A stretch of DNA of 58,423 bases, the filler included, from Dugesia japonica (taxonomy: Eukaryota): NCBI GenBank assembly GCA_001938525.1. It is 3 parts of 3 records of this genome, joined end to end, with 100 filler letters (N's around TTAATTAATTAA, not from the genome) between each part and the next. Parts side by side here need not be neighbours in the genome. Positions count along the whole stretch, not along the records: positions 1 to 24,656 come from MQRL01646720.1; positions 24,757 to 41,612 come from MQRL01604967.1; 1 more part is not named here. One strand, written 5' to 3'. The translations under genes and the position numbers were made by a program. Under the pieces are notes generated by a model, which saw only the letters and a list, made by a program, of their open reading frames with translations, did not search any database and had not been told where the DNA came from. Positions within the stretch are counted from its first letter, which is position 1. The number at the start of each line of letters is the position of its first letter. Of this stretch, positions 14,195 to 27,700 are shown piece after piece.

Positions 14195-14985
14195 ATAAAA
14201 CCACGTAAAACACATTAAAACATTACATAGAATACCGTTATAAAATCTTTAAAAATACCCCACAAACCCCTAAAAATTCATGAAAACAACCATAAATCCA
14301 TTTAAAGTTTTGAAAGCCACCGTAAACTCCTTATAATTCATAAAAACACCATAAATCATTAAAATTCCCTAAAAACCACAATAAAATTCATGAAATATCC
14401 ACGAATCTTTATTATTTATGAAACCCCATAAACACCTTATAATTAATGAAAACACTATTAATCCTTTAAAATTTCCCCAAAAAATCGACAAATCCCATAA
14501 ATTTCATGAAATCTCCATAAATCCTTACATTTTATGAAACCCTCAAAAACCCTAAAAATTCATGAAAACTTAAAAATTTCACAAAAATTATTAAAAATTT
14601 CTAATAAATCTCAAAAATCCATGAAATTACCACGAATCCTTAAACGTCCTAAAATAATCTTTATAAATCTCATAAAATTCATGAAAATTTAGTGAATCTT
14701 TAAATTTCATGAATTTTTCCATAAATCCTTGAAATTTCAATAAATCCCATAAATTTCAAGAAATCTCTAGGAATCCTTAAATTTCATGAAGATCCACAAT
14801 ACTCTTAAAATTCAAGAAAGACCTCACAATTTCTTTAAAATTACCGAAAAATACCAATTAATCACATAAATTCCCAGAAAACCACTAAAAATTGTCGAAA
14901 ATCACATATATTCATTAATATACACAAAATCCCCATAATTCCCTTAAATTTCACGAAAACCATGTATCAAACCATTAAAATTATT
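14195..14985. repeat. Degenerate A/C-rich tandem repeat (AAATCC(C/T)TAAA(A/T)TTCATGAAA-like, ~28-30 bp)
   Basis: Many imperfect copies containing TTCATGAA. Confidence 0.75.
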
Positions 14986-16185
14986 TCGAAAAGGAAATTA
15001 TTTTCAGGGGGGAATTATTGCATCAACCCAGTGCATTATTCTATGAATTTTGTATCAAAAACATATAAAAGTTTATCACAATAATAACCTACTTTTTCTT
15101 ATGATTTTTGCTGTTGTTTTGTACCTTAAAAAATATCGATATTTTATTGTTTCTAAGATAAAGAAAAGCACGGAAAATAAAATTTTGTAATAATAACGAC
15201 ATTAATTAAACGAAATCTTATATTTTGTAATTTTAACTTGTCTTTTTCTTCAATTTGTTTTAAAATTTTTTTCTTCAATCAATTTATAGTAATTTTTTTG
15301 ATTTTGACTAAAAATAAATAATTAACTTTTTAGGTTGTGCCAAGTTTGATCATTCTAAAAACAAGGTACATAAAAAAGACTACTATATATGTATCAGTAA
15401 TTAAAGCTGCTAAACGGAATCGTACCAACGAAAATGTACCAAAAATACAAAAAACATAATTTATTAATCACAGACCCCCATGGACCCCCTTCTCTGAAAA
15501 ATTCCTTTACGGAACCCCTGAAACGTTCCACATTGGTTTAAAGAGATGTATAGAGTTTTATATGGGTTTAATTAGGCTTTATATTAGATTTTTCAAGGTT
15601 TTGATAATGAAAAAGATTTTGTATTTTTGATATGATAAAATAGTACCTATATATAAAACATTTTATTCTATGATTTGCTCCTTCAGAACTAACTTAAATA
15701 AAATAGTCATTTATCCTTTTCAGCGAAATCTCTATCTTTCATTATCATCATCTGCCTGCATCACTGCTTGTTCTGTTTATCTTTCCCTCTAAAAACCAAA
15801 TATTCAGTTTCATTGTTAATAAAATCTATATACAGTTGTATGAAATAACTCCCGAAAATTTTCTTTATACTGTTTTTAGATTAGATTTATAAATCGGACC
15901 CATTATTTGGTGTACTATTTCTTTTCCGGTCCGTGGTCATTACTACCTTGTATATTCTTATAGCCATAATTTAAAATTGATTATTTATAAACTCTCTTTT
16001 TAATCTTATTAATCTTATTAATCCCTTTTGGTGACTTCTCATAAAAAATATGAATAAAAACGAAAATAATTTCACAAATACGTTTTATAATTTTGGTTTT
16101 TAAGTACAAATTATTCTTTGCATATCGATTTTTTTCCAAAAGAAGTTTAGAAAATTGCATCTATCATAAATATCAGCAAAATAAA

Positions 16186-18636
16186 TTAGCTATCGTTTAC
16201 TGGTTCAACAATTTTTACATCCTCCGGTTTCTCTTCAGTAATACTAATTCTAGGGTGATTTTCTGATGAAACAGAAGACGGTGCATCACTTTCTGCTTTT
16301 TGTTCATTATCAAAATTTTCATCAATATCATAGTCATCATCACTTTCGATGAGATTCACTATTTCATTTGATGGAATTTCAAGTCTTGGATTATACTGAC
16401 GCTCTTTCATTATTAGATCTTTTAAGCGTTGCACAAACATTGTGATTATCCATATTTCTGTAACATTTAGATTTAACTTTAACGATAAATCAAATACATT
16501 ATCCGCTGCTGAGCTACCAATTCCAAATGTTCCTCTATATGAAAATTGTAGTGCTTTACATTCATTCTCTAATTTTTCGCGTTGAATTCCAAGATTTTCA
16601 AGTTTAACAAATGCACTTACTCTTAATCCACAACCAACTGAACTTGGAAAAGTTGTAAGATAACCATAACCCCAACGATAAGCATACTTTTGTTGCAATC
16701 TCAAATCTAAGAATCTCATTGTATTCACTGCTCTATCATAGCAAAGATTTAATTTTTCTCCAGTTGGATCAAGTGATATCACTTTAATATGATCATTAAA
16801 GTTTACTAAAATTGCTAGATAAATACTAGGATAATTAACATTCTTTTTAGCAAAAAAGATTCCACGATTCTTGGGCCAATTATTATACATTCCACAAGCT
16901 TTGCCTATTTCATTTATTGAAGGAATAAATTTGTATCTTATTATTTCTTCAAAATATACAGAGTTTTTTAAAGATTTTAACTGAACATAACTACCTTCCA
17001 TTTCAACTGGAAATTCTTCAATTAATTCTTTAATCATTTCTTCAAGCTCAGTGCGATCTTTGGAAGACATCATAATTGGAAATGGAAAAGCATCAATATT
17101 TCTGGTGAAACTTACTCGATAACTGTAAATACTTGAATGGTGAAGTTGAAACAATTTGTCTTCAGTTGAACCGTAACACGTAGCTTTTGGATGTTTAAAA
17201 ATTCTAATATTATTTGTCTGTAATAATATTGGATTAAAAAAAGATTGAAAAGTAAGATAACAATCGCTATCACAAGCTCGCGGAAAAAGGGAATTTGGAT
17301 GAAAAGCATTATTTCTTATGCAACTATTAAAAAGTGTACCAAATCGAGTTTTAACACCATCATATTGTTTAATCAGATCTTTTGTCAAATACTTTTTAGT
17401 GTAAGATTTTGAGTCAGTGTCTTGAATCAATTTATAAAGTGTCTCTATTTTTTCCACAGTTGCTACATCATTTTGTATTGACATTGGAGTACAAATTTCT
17501 AATTCATCTTCAATCAAAGATATTTTATTAAAAGCCAAAAGGAAATCAATAAAGATTTCATTTTCATTTTTATTTAAAGATTTAATTGTGTATAAATATA
17601 TCATGCCATTATTTTTATTTTCAATTTCATTTGAAATAGCACAATCATAGGGCTTCACTATTACATTTGCATCTGCCATTCGACTTATAAATGGAAACTT
17701 CGCTAAAACTCTTAAAGAAAATCCGGTTCCAACATGAGCTGGTGATAACGTCAAATGACCAAATACTGAATGCGCATAATAATTAACATCTTTGAGAATA
17801 TCATTACAAACAAATTTATACATTCTGTTAATCAACTCACCCACTTTCCCATTATTTGCCGACACAATAAATTGAATATGATCATCAAAATTTAAAATAC
17901 AGCCTTGATAAAAATTGTTTTCATCTTTAAAAGCAAGCATCAATCTTTCATCTGGGTAATCAAGCATAGATCCACTATCATCTAATTCATCAGAAATTTG
18001 ATTCATTCTTTTCTCCCATTCTAATGGAATTACTGGACGTTCAACTAAAGCTTCACAAATATGTCTTACTTTTGACTCCATTTGTGAAATGACATTTTTT
18101 CTTTCTGATTCCGTTATATAAGGAGTAAATGGAATGTCTTGGATATTTCTTCGAGTAATCATTTCAGAGTAAATTACTCTTTGTCGTCTTCTTGTATAAC
18201 TGTTAAGATCTATTAATTCATGATCTTCAAGTTTTCCGAAATATGGATATAAAGAAGTTTCTCTTTCAGGAACTCCGTGAATTCTTTCAATAATTTCACC
18301 AAAAAAGTCCGCAAACACGTTGTAACAGTCAGGGCTGGATGTGTAGGGGATAAGACATTTGGTATTATAGACATTAGGAAAAATGCATTGACCCAATCCT
18401 TCCTTCTCATATCCTCGTATATATTCAAATTCTTTAGCCATTTCTTTTGTTAAGACTTTTTTAGTCAAAGATTTATTATTTGGATCTTTAGCAATAATCT
18501 CTTGATATTCGACTAATTTTTTATTATGATCAAAATCTCTTACGGAAAATTTGGGTTTGATAGAAATCTTTTGTTCAGCTTCTTGTGGCGGAGCTTCAAT
18601 TTCAACTTTAGTCTTCTTGCAGCACCCTTTAGTCAT
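16186..18636 (-). CDS. Two-domain ATP:guanido phosphotransferase (arginine/taurocyamine kinase-like) protein, 816 aa, intronless, catalytic motifs degenerate
   Basis: Two repeats of the fold: KSLTKKVLT / KSYTKKYLT, SPDCYNVFADFF / DSDCYLTFQSFF, NFDDH / NFNDH, GHLTLSPAHVGTG / GYLTTFPSSVGCG; WPKNRGIFF in domain 2. Confidence 0.9.
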   Translation of the reverse strand: MTKGCCKKTKVEIEAPPQEAEQKISIKPKFSVRDFDHNKKLVEYQEIIAKDPNNKSLTKKVLTKEMAKEFEYIRGYEKEGLGQCIFPNVYNTKCLIPYTSSPDCYNVFADFFGEIIERIHGVPERETSLYPYFGKLEDHELIDLNSYTRRRQRVIYSEMITRRNIQDIPFTPYITESERKNVISQMESKVRHICEALVERPVIPLEWEKRMNQISDELDDSGSMLDYPDERLMLAFKDENNFYQGCILNFDDHIQFIVSANNGKVGELINRMYKFVCNDILKDVNYYAHSVFGHLTLSPAHVGTGFSLRVLAKFPFISRMADANVIVKPYDCAISNEIENKNNGMIYLYTIKSLNKNENEIFIDFLLAFNKISLIEDELEICTPMSIQNDVATVEKIETLYKLIQDTDSKSYTKKYLTKDLIKQYDGVKTRFGTLFNSCIRNNAFHPNSLFPRACDSDCYLTFQSFFNPILLQTNNIRIFKHPKATCYGSTEDKLFQLHHSSIYSYRVSFTRNIDAFPFPIMMSSKDRTELEEMIKELIEEFPVEMEGSYVQLKSLKNSVYFEEIIRYKFIPSINEIGKACGMYNNWPKNRGIFFAKKNVNYPSIYLAILVNFNDHIKVISLDPTGEKLNLCYDRAVNTMRFLDLRLQQKYAYRWGYGYLTTFPSSVGCGLRVSAFVKLENLGIQREKLENECKALQFSYRGTFGIGSSAADNVFDLSLKLNLNVTEIWIITMFVQRLKDLIMKERQYNPRLEIPSNEIVNLIESDDDYDIDENFDNEQKAESDAPSSVSSENHPRISITEEKPEDVKIVEPVNDS

Positions 18637-20199
18637 GATAATGTATACTTTTATTTAAAATTTAAATTAAGTCAATATTGTTTGTAAATAAATCTAATAA
18701 AGATCGTTAAAATTTTAATATTGAAATTTAGAGCTGATAATTAAATTATTAAAACAGGCTTATGATATGCAATCTTTTTCTTGTTATAAATGGATTCTTT
18801 AATTTTTTTTAAATATTAAAAACCTTTTNNNNNNNNNNNNNNNNNNNNNNNNNNNNNNNNNNNNNNNNNNNNNNNNNNNNNNNNNNNNNNNNNNNNNNNN
18901 NNNNNNNNNNNNNNNNNNNNNNNNNNNNNNNNNNNNNNNNNNNNNNNNNNNNNNNNNNNNNNNNNNNNNNNNNNNNNNNNNNNNNNNNNNNNNNNNNNNN
19001 NNNNNNNNNNNNNNNNNNNNNNNNNNNNNNNNNNNNNNNNNNNNNNNNNNNNNNNNNNNNNNNNNNNNNNNNNNNNNNNNNNNNNNNNNNNNNNNNNNNN
19101 NNNNNNNNNNNNNNNNNTTAACCAAAAAATTGTAATTTTAGTTTTACAGCTTTTTGCAGAAATATGTTAAAAATTATCCAACAATATATTAGATATCACA
19201 TGACCAGTTTCATTGATTTCTTTGAGCAATTTACGGTTGAATGAATTACTTATATCCTATTAATCATAGAGAGACCAGACTCTTCAAATTACTTTTGTAA
19301 GCTTTCTTTATTTCCTTTTTTTAAAATTTCATCTTTTTTGCAGCCAAAATTTTGATGGTAAGTGAAGATATATTTTCATTTTTTGAGATATCCGCAATCA
19401 AATAGTTTTTGTCAAAACTTTTCTAATGCTTTTCAGCAAATTGGCCGTAATTGTTCGCTTTTTTCGCATTATAACGGGGATTGAAATGTCCCCTGAAAAA
19501 TGAATGTATAAATAAAATTATTGTAATATTAATTGTAATGTAATGTTGAAAAGTTTTAAACATATTATTAAAAATTTTTTAATATATTATTGGAAAATTT
19601 TTAATATTTTTTTTTAAATTTTCAGTAAAAAAAAATTTTGCAGATACATCCAACTCTCCCAAGATAACCGAGTAAAAATATATGCTAAACATATTAAAAT
19701 TTGGAATTTGTTCCACAACTTTAAAAAATCGCGAAACTTGAAAAGCTTTACATATTTTTCCCAAATCCGTGCAAAGAACATATAATAATGAAACCTATCT
19801 TATATATAAACCCAATCATTTGCAAAGTAAAATCAGTATTACAGTGTAAAGGAAAAATTCCTATATAAATTTAAATAATTTTTAAAAATAATTCAAATAA
19901 CAAATTGGCGCAATATTTTGAAAAAATTAAATTAAAACTCTAAATTAATTAAAATTTGAAATATTCGTACTAGGCACACAAAAAATTCGACCAAAAATTA
20001 TGTGATCACACATAAAAATTGGAACCGTGTTATTTCAAAACCATGTAAAAAAAAGACCGTGTAAAAGAGTTTAGTGCACTTATATTAATAATGAATGAAT
20101 ACATGTGATTTCGGTTTAATATAAATATTCATTTTTATTAATTTATAAATAAAAAGAAAAAATCAAATTACAACAATAAATAATAAAAATCAACCATTG

Positions 20200-22876
20200 T
20201 TATTGGGACGAGTGGGCTTGTTTCCTATTTTTACATAATTCTTTTATGCCTCGCTTTATAGAAGATAGTTGAATCCTCATATTAGTTTCTGCATCGAGTC
20301 TGTTGCGGTATTTTGTTTTTGTGGCAGCATACGATGAAAACCCAGATTCGCAAAGATAAGTCGTAGCGAAAGGAAAAAGTATTTTAACAGATTTCATTGA
20401 TAAATCTGCATATTTCTCTCCTAAAGTTCACCAAAACTCTGGCAAAGATAGTTTTTCAAATAAGGGCTGTAATGAGAAATTTGAAATCATGTCAATGAAG
20501 ACTTTGTACTTCTTAACTGTGAATTCTTCTTGTCTTTTTTTAAACTATGAATGTGTTTCTAATCCATGTATAATTTTTAAGTTTCTCATTCTGTTCATTG
20601 GGAAAATACTGTTTCACCGAATTTAGCATATCTTCCAAATGTTCATGAATGCCACCATACAACATAAAAAGATCACTTTCTTCAATGTCGCCATTAATTT
20701 CATCGAATAAATCTTTAAGTATTGTGAAGCTATCAAGCTCATGAGTGTGAATGCAAAGAATCCGTAATTCCAATATTTTTTAAATGCTTGAATCTTATCC
20801 TTGACTGTGAACACAATTACTTGTTTTCTTTGAAGAGACATATTCCCTTCGTTTATCTTTGAAGAAATCTCAGCGAGGTATCCAAGTCGAAACAATCATA
20901 GTTTATTTGACAATCTTTCTTGTAAATCCATCCTGTTTTGCATGAAAAAAGTGCACAATTCAGAACGCAGCTCGAATAGTCGAACAAGTACTTTAAATCA
21001 ATACAGCCATCGTACCTCATTATGGAGCAGTAAACCTTTATGAACGCTGCTCATATCTTCACATAGAATTTAAATAGCCGTGTTTGTAATGGTCGCGATT
21101 TAATGAAATTTATGATCTTTACAGACTCGTCAAGTACCCTTTTGAGGGACAATGGCATCTTTTTAACTGTTAGGGCGTGTCGATGAAGAATACAATGGCT
21201 ATTGGTGCAGTTTGGTACTAAACTTTTGATTATTGCAACGGCGCCAGCAGTTTTTCCTACCATTGCCTTTGCACCATCAGATATCAGCACAGTTTTTCCA
21301 ATTTAAGTCATGAGTATTAAAAATGTTATCCATGATTTTGAATATTTTGGCATCAGTTGTATTGGTTGGCAATGGTTCACACAAAAGTAAATCCTCTTTA
21401 AGTAAATTAAAATGATGATATCGGGCAAAAACAAGTAAGACTGTAAATCCAGCTATATCTGTGCTTTCGTCCATTTGCAAAGAAAAATTACAATATTCAA
21501 GACGAGATATTAACTCAGCCTTTACGTTGCCTGATAAATCTTTAATTCGACGAGCTACTGTGTCATTGGATAGTGGCACAACAGTTTTTTCTTTTGCTGA
21601 GTTTTTATCAAGTATACATTTCGCAATACCGACTGCACACGGCTTGATTAATGTCTCAGCTATAGTATGAGCTTCGCCAGCCAGTGTAGTACGATAACTG
21701 ATAATGTAAGATGCTTCAGTGGCTTTCTCATTTTTATTTTTAGAAGTTGAAATAATTAGGCTTTGGTGGTTAAAGAGTTCATCACGCATACTTATAAAAT
21801 AATCAACTTTCTTATGGTTAAACTCTTGATGTACGATTTCAAAATGGCGGCGCATTTTTGCGGGCACCATAGGACTTCTTGGAAAACTTTTGCTGCATAA
21901 GACACATTGAGGCACATTATTAGCATCTATAAAACCAAGTAACATATAGCTTTCATCATATTTCCGTTTCTTAGTGACAGGCCTACATAATTTACTCATA
22001 GTGGCAGCAGATACCTTCTTTTCTGGATTTATGCAAGTTGTCACTGTTGTTTCATTTTCAATATATTTGGATGTAGACGTTCCAGGTAAGTATTTCTTTT
22101 AAATTTCTTATATTTATTATAAAAGATTTTAAACAAATGCAATACATACCTTATAATTGTTTTTTCATAAACACAAATCTTCAATTTATATATTACTATC
22201 ACTTTTACCAAAATTATAAATTTAAATATTAGTACGAAAATAAAACACTTGTATATTCAAACACCTTGCAACTGTGCTATTCAATTATGAACTGAATTAT
22301 ACTCAAGGAAATTTTTTTAATATTCTAAAATCTCGCTACCTAAATTGGGTTTTTACCAAAAGCAAAGTATGGGTAATGAATTAAAAATTGTATTCAGACA
22401 TATCACAATTTTTTAATATCCCCTATTCACTACTTTTGTTTCCCAATTTTTTATCTCCATTAATCCAACCCACAATCCCTTAATTTTCGTTATTATTTAA
22501 TTAAAAAATTTCATTTGAGAATTTAATTTTTAATTGATCCCTTCCACCTTCAATTGAAAAAAATCAATTAAGTTTTTCCCATAATTAATTTTCTTTAAAC
22601 TTTTTTTCAAAAATATTTTTTTCAGCACTATATTGAATTAACCGTTACAGATCTTTTTAGTTCAATAATTAAATAAATAAATCTTAACTTTTCAGAGCAA
22701 CAAATTAATTTTATATAAATTACTAATAATAGTAATAATTTTTAAAAAATATATTTGAATTTTTCGGGATTTAAATTTATAATTTTTTTTAAAAATTTCA
22801 TTATGATATACATGGATCCCTTTGATGCAGCTCGTGGAACCTCAGGGCTCCGCGGAGCAAACTTTGAGAAACACTG
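20200..22876 (-). mobile_element. hAT Buster/Charlie transposon (ZBED5/ZBED8-like transposase, frameshifted) with one TIR
   Basis: KRKYDESY..PQCVLC..H..H (BED finger), LSNDTVARRI, FSLQMDESTD, SDGAKAMVG, HCILHRHAL, PFATTYLCESGFS, KYRNRLD. TIR CAGTGTTTCTCAAA ends at 22876, next to the Buster-type target GTCTATAG. Confidence 0.93.
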
Positions 22877-24656
22877 GTCTATAGTTTATAATTTTGTGAG
22901 TTTGGTAAAAAATCAAACCTTTGATTCATAATTCATTACAATGTTGATTATAATTTTTAATATCTTGGATCAGTGTTACCATCAAGTCATACTCATACAC
23001 TACACTTATTATGAACAGCATCATTAACCCTATTCACGTTAGTAATATATCTCCATTAATTATTATCACTACTACTTATTGTTTAATCTTATTATCGTGA
23101 ATTCCTAACACTTACTATTCTTTTTGTTATTATTATTATTTCTCAAAATTGTCATTATAAATGTTATTAATATTATTCTTGCCGCTATCATTATTGTAAG
23201 CAGTTTTGAAAAGCAAGTTGAAATTTTTGTGTGACTGGTGATCATATTTTTAAAATCTTTTGTGAAAAGAGAGATTTAAATTATTGATGAAAAATTTAAA
23301 TAAACAAATATTGGTTTAAGGATAAATTAAAATTATTGAATAATAAAGTTTAACTTTTTAATAAATAAAATTTTAAAAGTGCGCTGAGATTTTGTCGGAA
23401 ATATTTTAAATGAAAATTAATGAAATAAATAAAATGTTAAAATTAATTTTAATAAATACAAGTTTCAATTTTTAAATTTTAGAAAAAAGATCACCAATTA
23501 AAACACATAATTTTAATTTGTTTGATTAACAAATAATGTTAGTTATAGAGTTGATTTTAATAAAGTGTTGTAATGAATTAGAATTTTGATATTGATGATA
23601 CGATGAGTTTTCCAAACTCAACTAACAATTATCATCACCATTATCATCATAATCATTATTATTCTTATTATTATCATTATAGTCTTTAAAAATTCCAAGT
23701 TGCTATTGAAGGTTATTTATTACTGATTAATTCCAAAGGGATATGTAATTTTATTATTTCCCAGTTATTATTATCATAACGCCCTGATTTTGCTATTAGA
23801 AATCATTATTATAAGTCATTATGAATTGCAATTACCAAAACATTAATTAGACATTAAAACAATAATTCGTTACTAACAGTTTAATTAATCATTATTAATA
23901 ATTATCATTAACAAGATTGTCATTAATTCAATATTAATTATAAAATCATTACTTATTAAATAACAAGAGTTCATTAAAGAAAATTATTTTACTAATATTC
24001 ATCTATTACAATGAAACATTTTTAATTTACATTAGTAATACCGTTTCCAAAGTGAATTAATAATTGATTAATTTCATCTGAGATCAATTTATCTTGGAAA
24101 CTCTCCACCCATTTCTTAATAATTTTTAAATCCTCTAAGATTTTGTTGACATGATAAATGGACAGTCCCTTATTACACCAAAGAAATGAATTTTCATCAA
24201 AGCTTTTATTTTAATGAATTTGGAACAACGATAAATTTTTTATGACCAAATATATTTTTATGTAAAATATATACTGACTTCAGATTTATTACCTAAAATA
24301 AAATTAAACCTTATAATATAAGACCATTCATAAATTAATAAACTCTATGGTTAACCTATGAGCTTTTCAAAGAATTATACGTCACTAAATATAGACTTTA
24401 AAAGTTTCTTATAAAATTTTGAACATACAATAATTCACAGAAACAGCTTGTGACTCAAAGTAGCAAATAATAATGGTTAACATTAAAAAAATAATTTCAT
24501 CAAATATTCCCAATTTATTGCGAAAAATTCAAAACTAGTTCAGATTTCAGAACAATTAGTTTTTGTTTAACTATTGTATTACAATTGCAATTATTGCGAG
24601 AATAATTGTTGGACATAACCATTAATTGTTTTATAGAATTCATTTAATATAAAAGC

Positions 24657-24756
24657 NNNNNNNNNNNNNNNNNNNNNNNNNNNNNNNNNNNNNNNNNNNN
24701 TTAATTAATTAANNNNNNNNNNNNNNNNNNNNNNNNNNNNNNNNNNNNNNNNNNNN
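24657..24756. other. Artificial 100-bp assembly spacer N44-TTAATTAATTAA-N44
   Basis: Exact 44/12/44 layout with stops in all six frames; an identical copy lies at 41613-41712. Confidence 0.95.
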
Positions 24757-24799
24757 CAATGAAATTTTGTTATAAATCTAATTTTTAATTGAGGCTTAC

Positions 24800-27700
24800 T
24801 TTTCCTGTTAAAGAACTAATAAAAAAGAAACCAACAACCGATGGGTAACGAAATTGAAATTCATTCGTTGATATTTCACTTTTATCAACCTAATAAATGA
24901 GAAATTACATAAACCAAAAGATTAATGCAAACTTTATCTGAATGTGTTCCAACAATAAAGATAGGCGCTGTTGGTGCATGACAAGTAATACTATTGAGCC
25001 AAAAATCAAGTCCAGCGTGTTCAAATCCTTGTCGTACATTCCAAATTAATAAATAAATAGCACGACCAGTAAGAAAAAATTGATGAGTGTTGTAATAAAG
25101 CGTTTGGCCCGCAAAGTCCCAAATTGAAAACTTCAAACTTTTATTATCCGTTTTAGTTGACCAACTATTGATATCTATACCATCGGTTATAGCTTCTTCA
25201 GCGATTTGAGGAGCACAGTATTTATCATTAGTCAAGGCTCTCATGAGACTATTATTGAATAAATATTATAATAATATATTGGTAAAATGTTATGAAACCT
25301 TGTTTTGCCAGCACCGCCTAACCCAACTAACATTAATTTCGTTCGATAACAAGCTTCACTTCCACTGACTAATCTTAATAAATACGAAATTGTTGTTCTC
25401 ATTCCTTGTTTACGAATTTCAAATGGCGGTGTTTTGAGAATATCACAGTTTTGACAACTTAGAACTTTTTATAGTTAAGAATAATTATATATAATTATTT
25501 TCAAATACCCTCTAATGGTAAAGTTCCAACATATGGACTTATTGCTAGTAATTTCAGACAACCATCGAATACTAAACGTTTCAGATGTTTTAAATTTTGA
25601 ATTTGATCAGGTACATTCGGAAAAGCTTGATTGGAGAAAATTATTGTTTGGAGTAAGTTACAGTTAAATATTTGAGGTGGAAATTCTGAAAAAGAAAATC
25701 TTCACTTTTTATTTGTTATTAATTTATTATATAAACTTATAATAAACATCATTTATTTTGTATTAATTTTTCAATACTACATAAAGAAAACCGGCTGTCA
25801 ATACACAGTCCATAAAAGAATCGTACAAAAATAAAAATCCATAAAATGTATTAGAGGAGTAAATTACATACTTTACTCAGTTGGCTATTTAGCAGAAAGT
25901 TCAAAATTCGTAGCACCATCATTATTATCAATAAATTTCAAAAATAGGAGTCATTTTTTCCTTGTATTGAATCTCAACCGAGGGGTTTTGAAGCTTTTCC
26001 GAATAAAGATGAAGGCGTTTACCAATAACTTTGTGCACTGTAGAACGTTGTATTTGCTATTTCCTGCTTGCATGGTGGACTGGAAATTGATGATTTCTTA
26101 CAAAACACGTTATAGATAATCTTCAAATGATAACTAAAAGAAATTGCACTAGTAAATTATAAGAAACTGTCAAATCTATAAAACTAAAAAGGAATATCTA
26201 AAAAAATATATCAATTTGAAAATTAAAGAATGATAAGTAAATCAACAAATCCCAACAAACTTAAATATGATTGATCATCATATGAAAAGTATGGAGAGAA
26301 ATAGAAAATCAGTATTAATTAAAGAAACCGAATTAAAGCAAGAAATTTGGAAATTTGCGTACTGAAAAATTGATGATGCAAAGTTCAATAATAAAGAGAG
26401 CTTACAAAATTAGAGTTTTCAGAATGTTTCGGAGAAAATATATTTTTCAAAAATATCTCTTATTTTTTTCATTGAAACAAAATTCTTTTGTAATAATTGA
26501 GATTGTGAAGTAAATGAATAATTAAGAAAACTTTGTATTGTTTTAAATTCTAAATTTATATATGCTTTAGAGTTTAAAAAGTAGATAATTTAAATGAGAA
26601 ACATTTTATTTTATTCAAGCTTCACGTTTTTCAACAAGTTATCATCTGTAAGTTTTTTTTTATACTATTTAAATTTGTGTAGTAATTTGTAATTTTTATA
26701 AACAATTTGTATTAAAAAAATTATAATTTCTAAAGTTATAAATTGTAAAATCTGAAGTAAAACAATTTTGTAAATTCTATTAATGATTGTTGTCTAATGA
26801 ATTTTAGAAAACAATTGATTATTATGCTTAAAATGAATCTGGATAAATTCGAGGTTTGGATGCCTTACGGGTTTAATTATAATTTAGAAGTTTCAACCAT
26901 CCGATGTTCTCGTCATTGATATGAATGATNATTACGTACTAAGATTGTTTATATGTTTATCTATGTTGACTTCTAACCTGAAGATTTCCGAATTTATTTA
27001 ATGCCATAAATTCATTGTTAATATAAAATTCAACTTAAAAATATTTATTTATTTGATTTTATTTTAAGTACTGCATTATGAAAATATGATTAATTTAGAC
27101 TAAGATGAAAAAGAAATAGATTAAGATAATCTTATAATAAAATTCATTTCTAATTTGATCACGGACATATTTGAAACATATACAGAACCAATTTATTTAG
27201 CTACGAATACGGTTAAAAAATCTATAAGAAAGTAAAATACAAACAGATCAACCATATATTTAATATGTTCAAGAGAGAAAGACATAACAGTTCATTGCAT
27301 CTGATTTAAACAGGAAACTAATGTTTTAAGAAGCACATAGTTGGAGTATGTGCGAAATTTCATAAAAAGCATAATATATAAGTTATGTAAATGGTTTTTT
27401 GTATTTAAAAATGATTAATATCTTAAAACATCTCGATAAAATAATTTTTTATAAAAAATGTATGTTTTTTAACTGGGGTGAAAATTCTCTGAAAATCATT
27501 TAGCTTTATAAAATTGCAACTCAGAACGAATGTTAAATAAATAAAAAAACCATTTTGAGAAATATGATTAATAGATTTTTTCCAGTCTGTTTAGAAGTTT
27601 ATTAAGAAAATCAAGTTTTGTTTAAAGTGAATTGATGTATTGAAATACTTGGGAGGTTTATTAATCAATTATTTATTAAATTGTATCTAGTTAAATTGAA

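Noticed and set aside
8290-14985. CRISPR-like periodic repeats
   Set aside because: Eukaryotic context, no constant repeat with unique spacers, and no cas genes.
20200-22044. Domesticated ZBED5/ZBED8-like host gene
   Set aside because: Multiple frameshifts and stops plus a retained TIR indicate a dead transposon.
24244-24300. Continuation of the ROCO gene past the first spacer
   Set aside because: No COR-like exon in a compatible phase was found, and the join is artificial.
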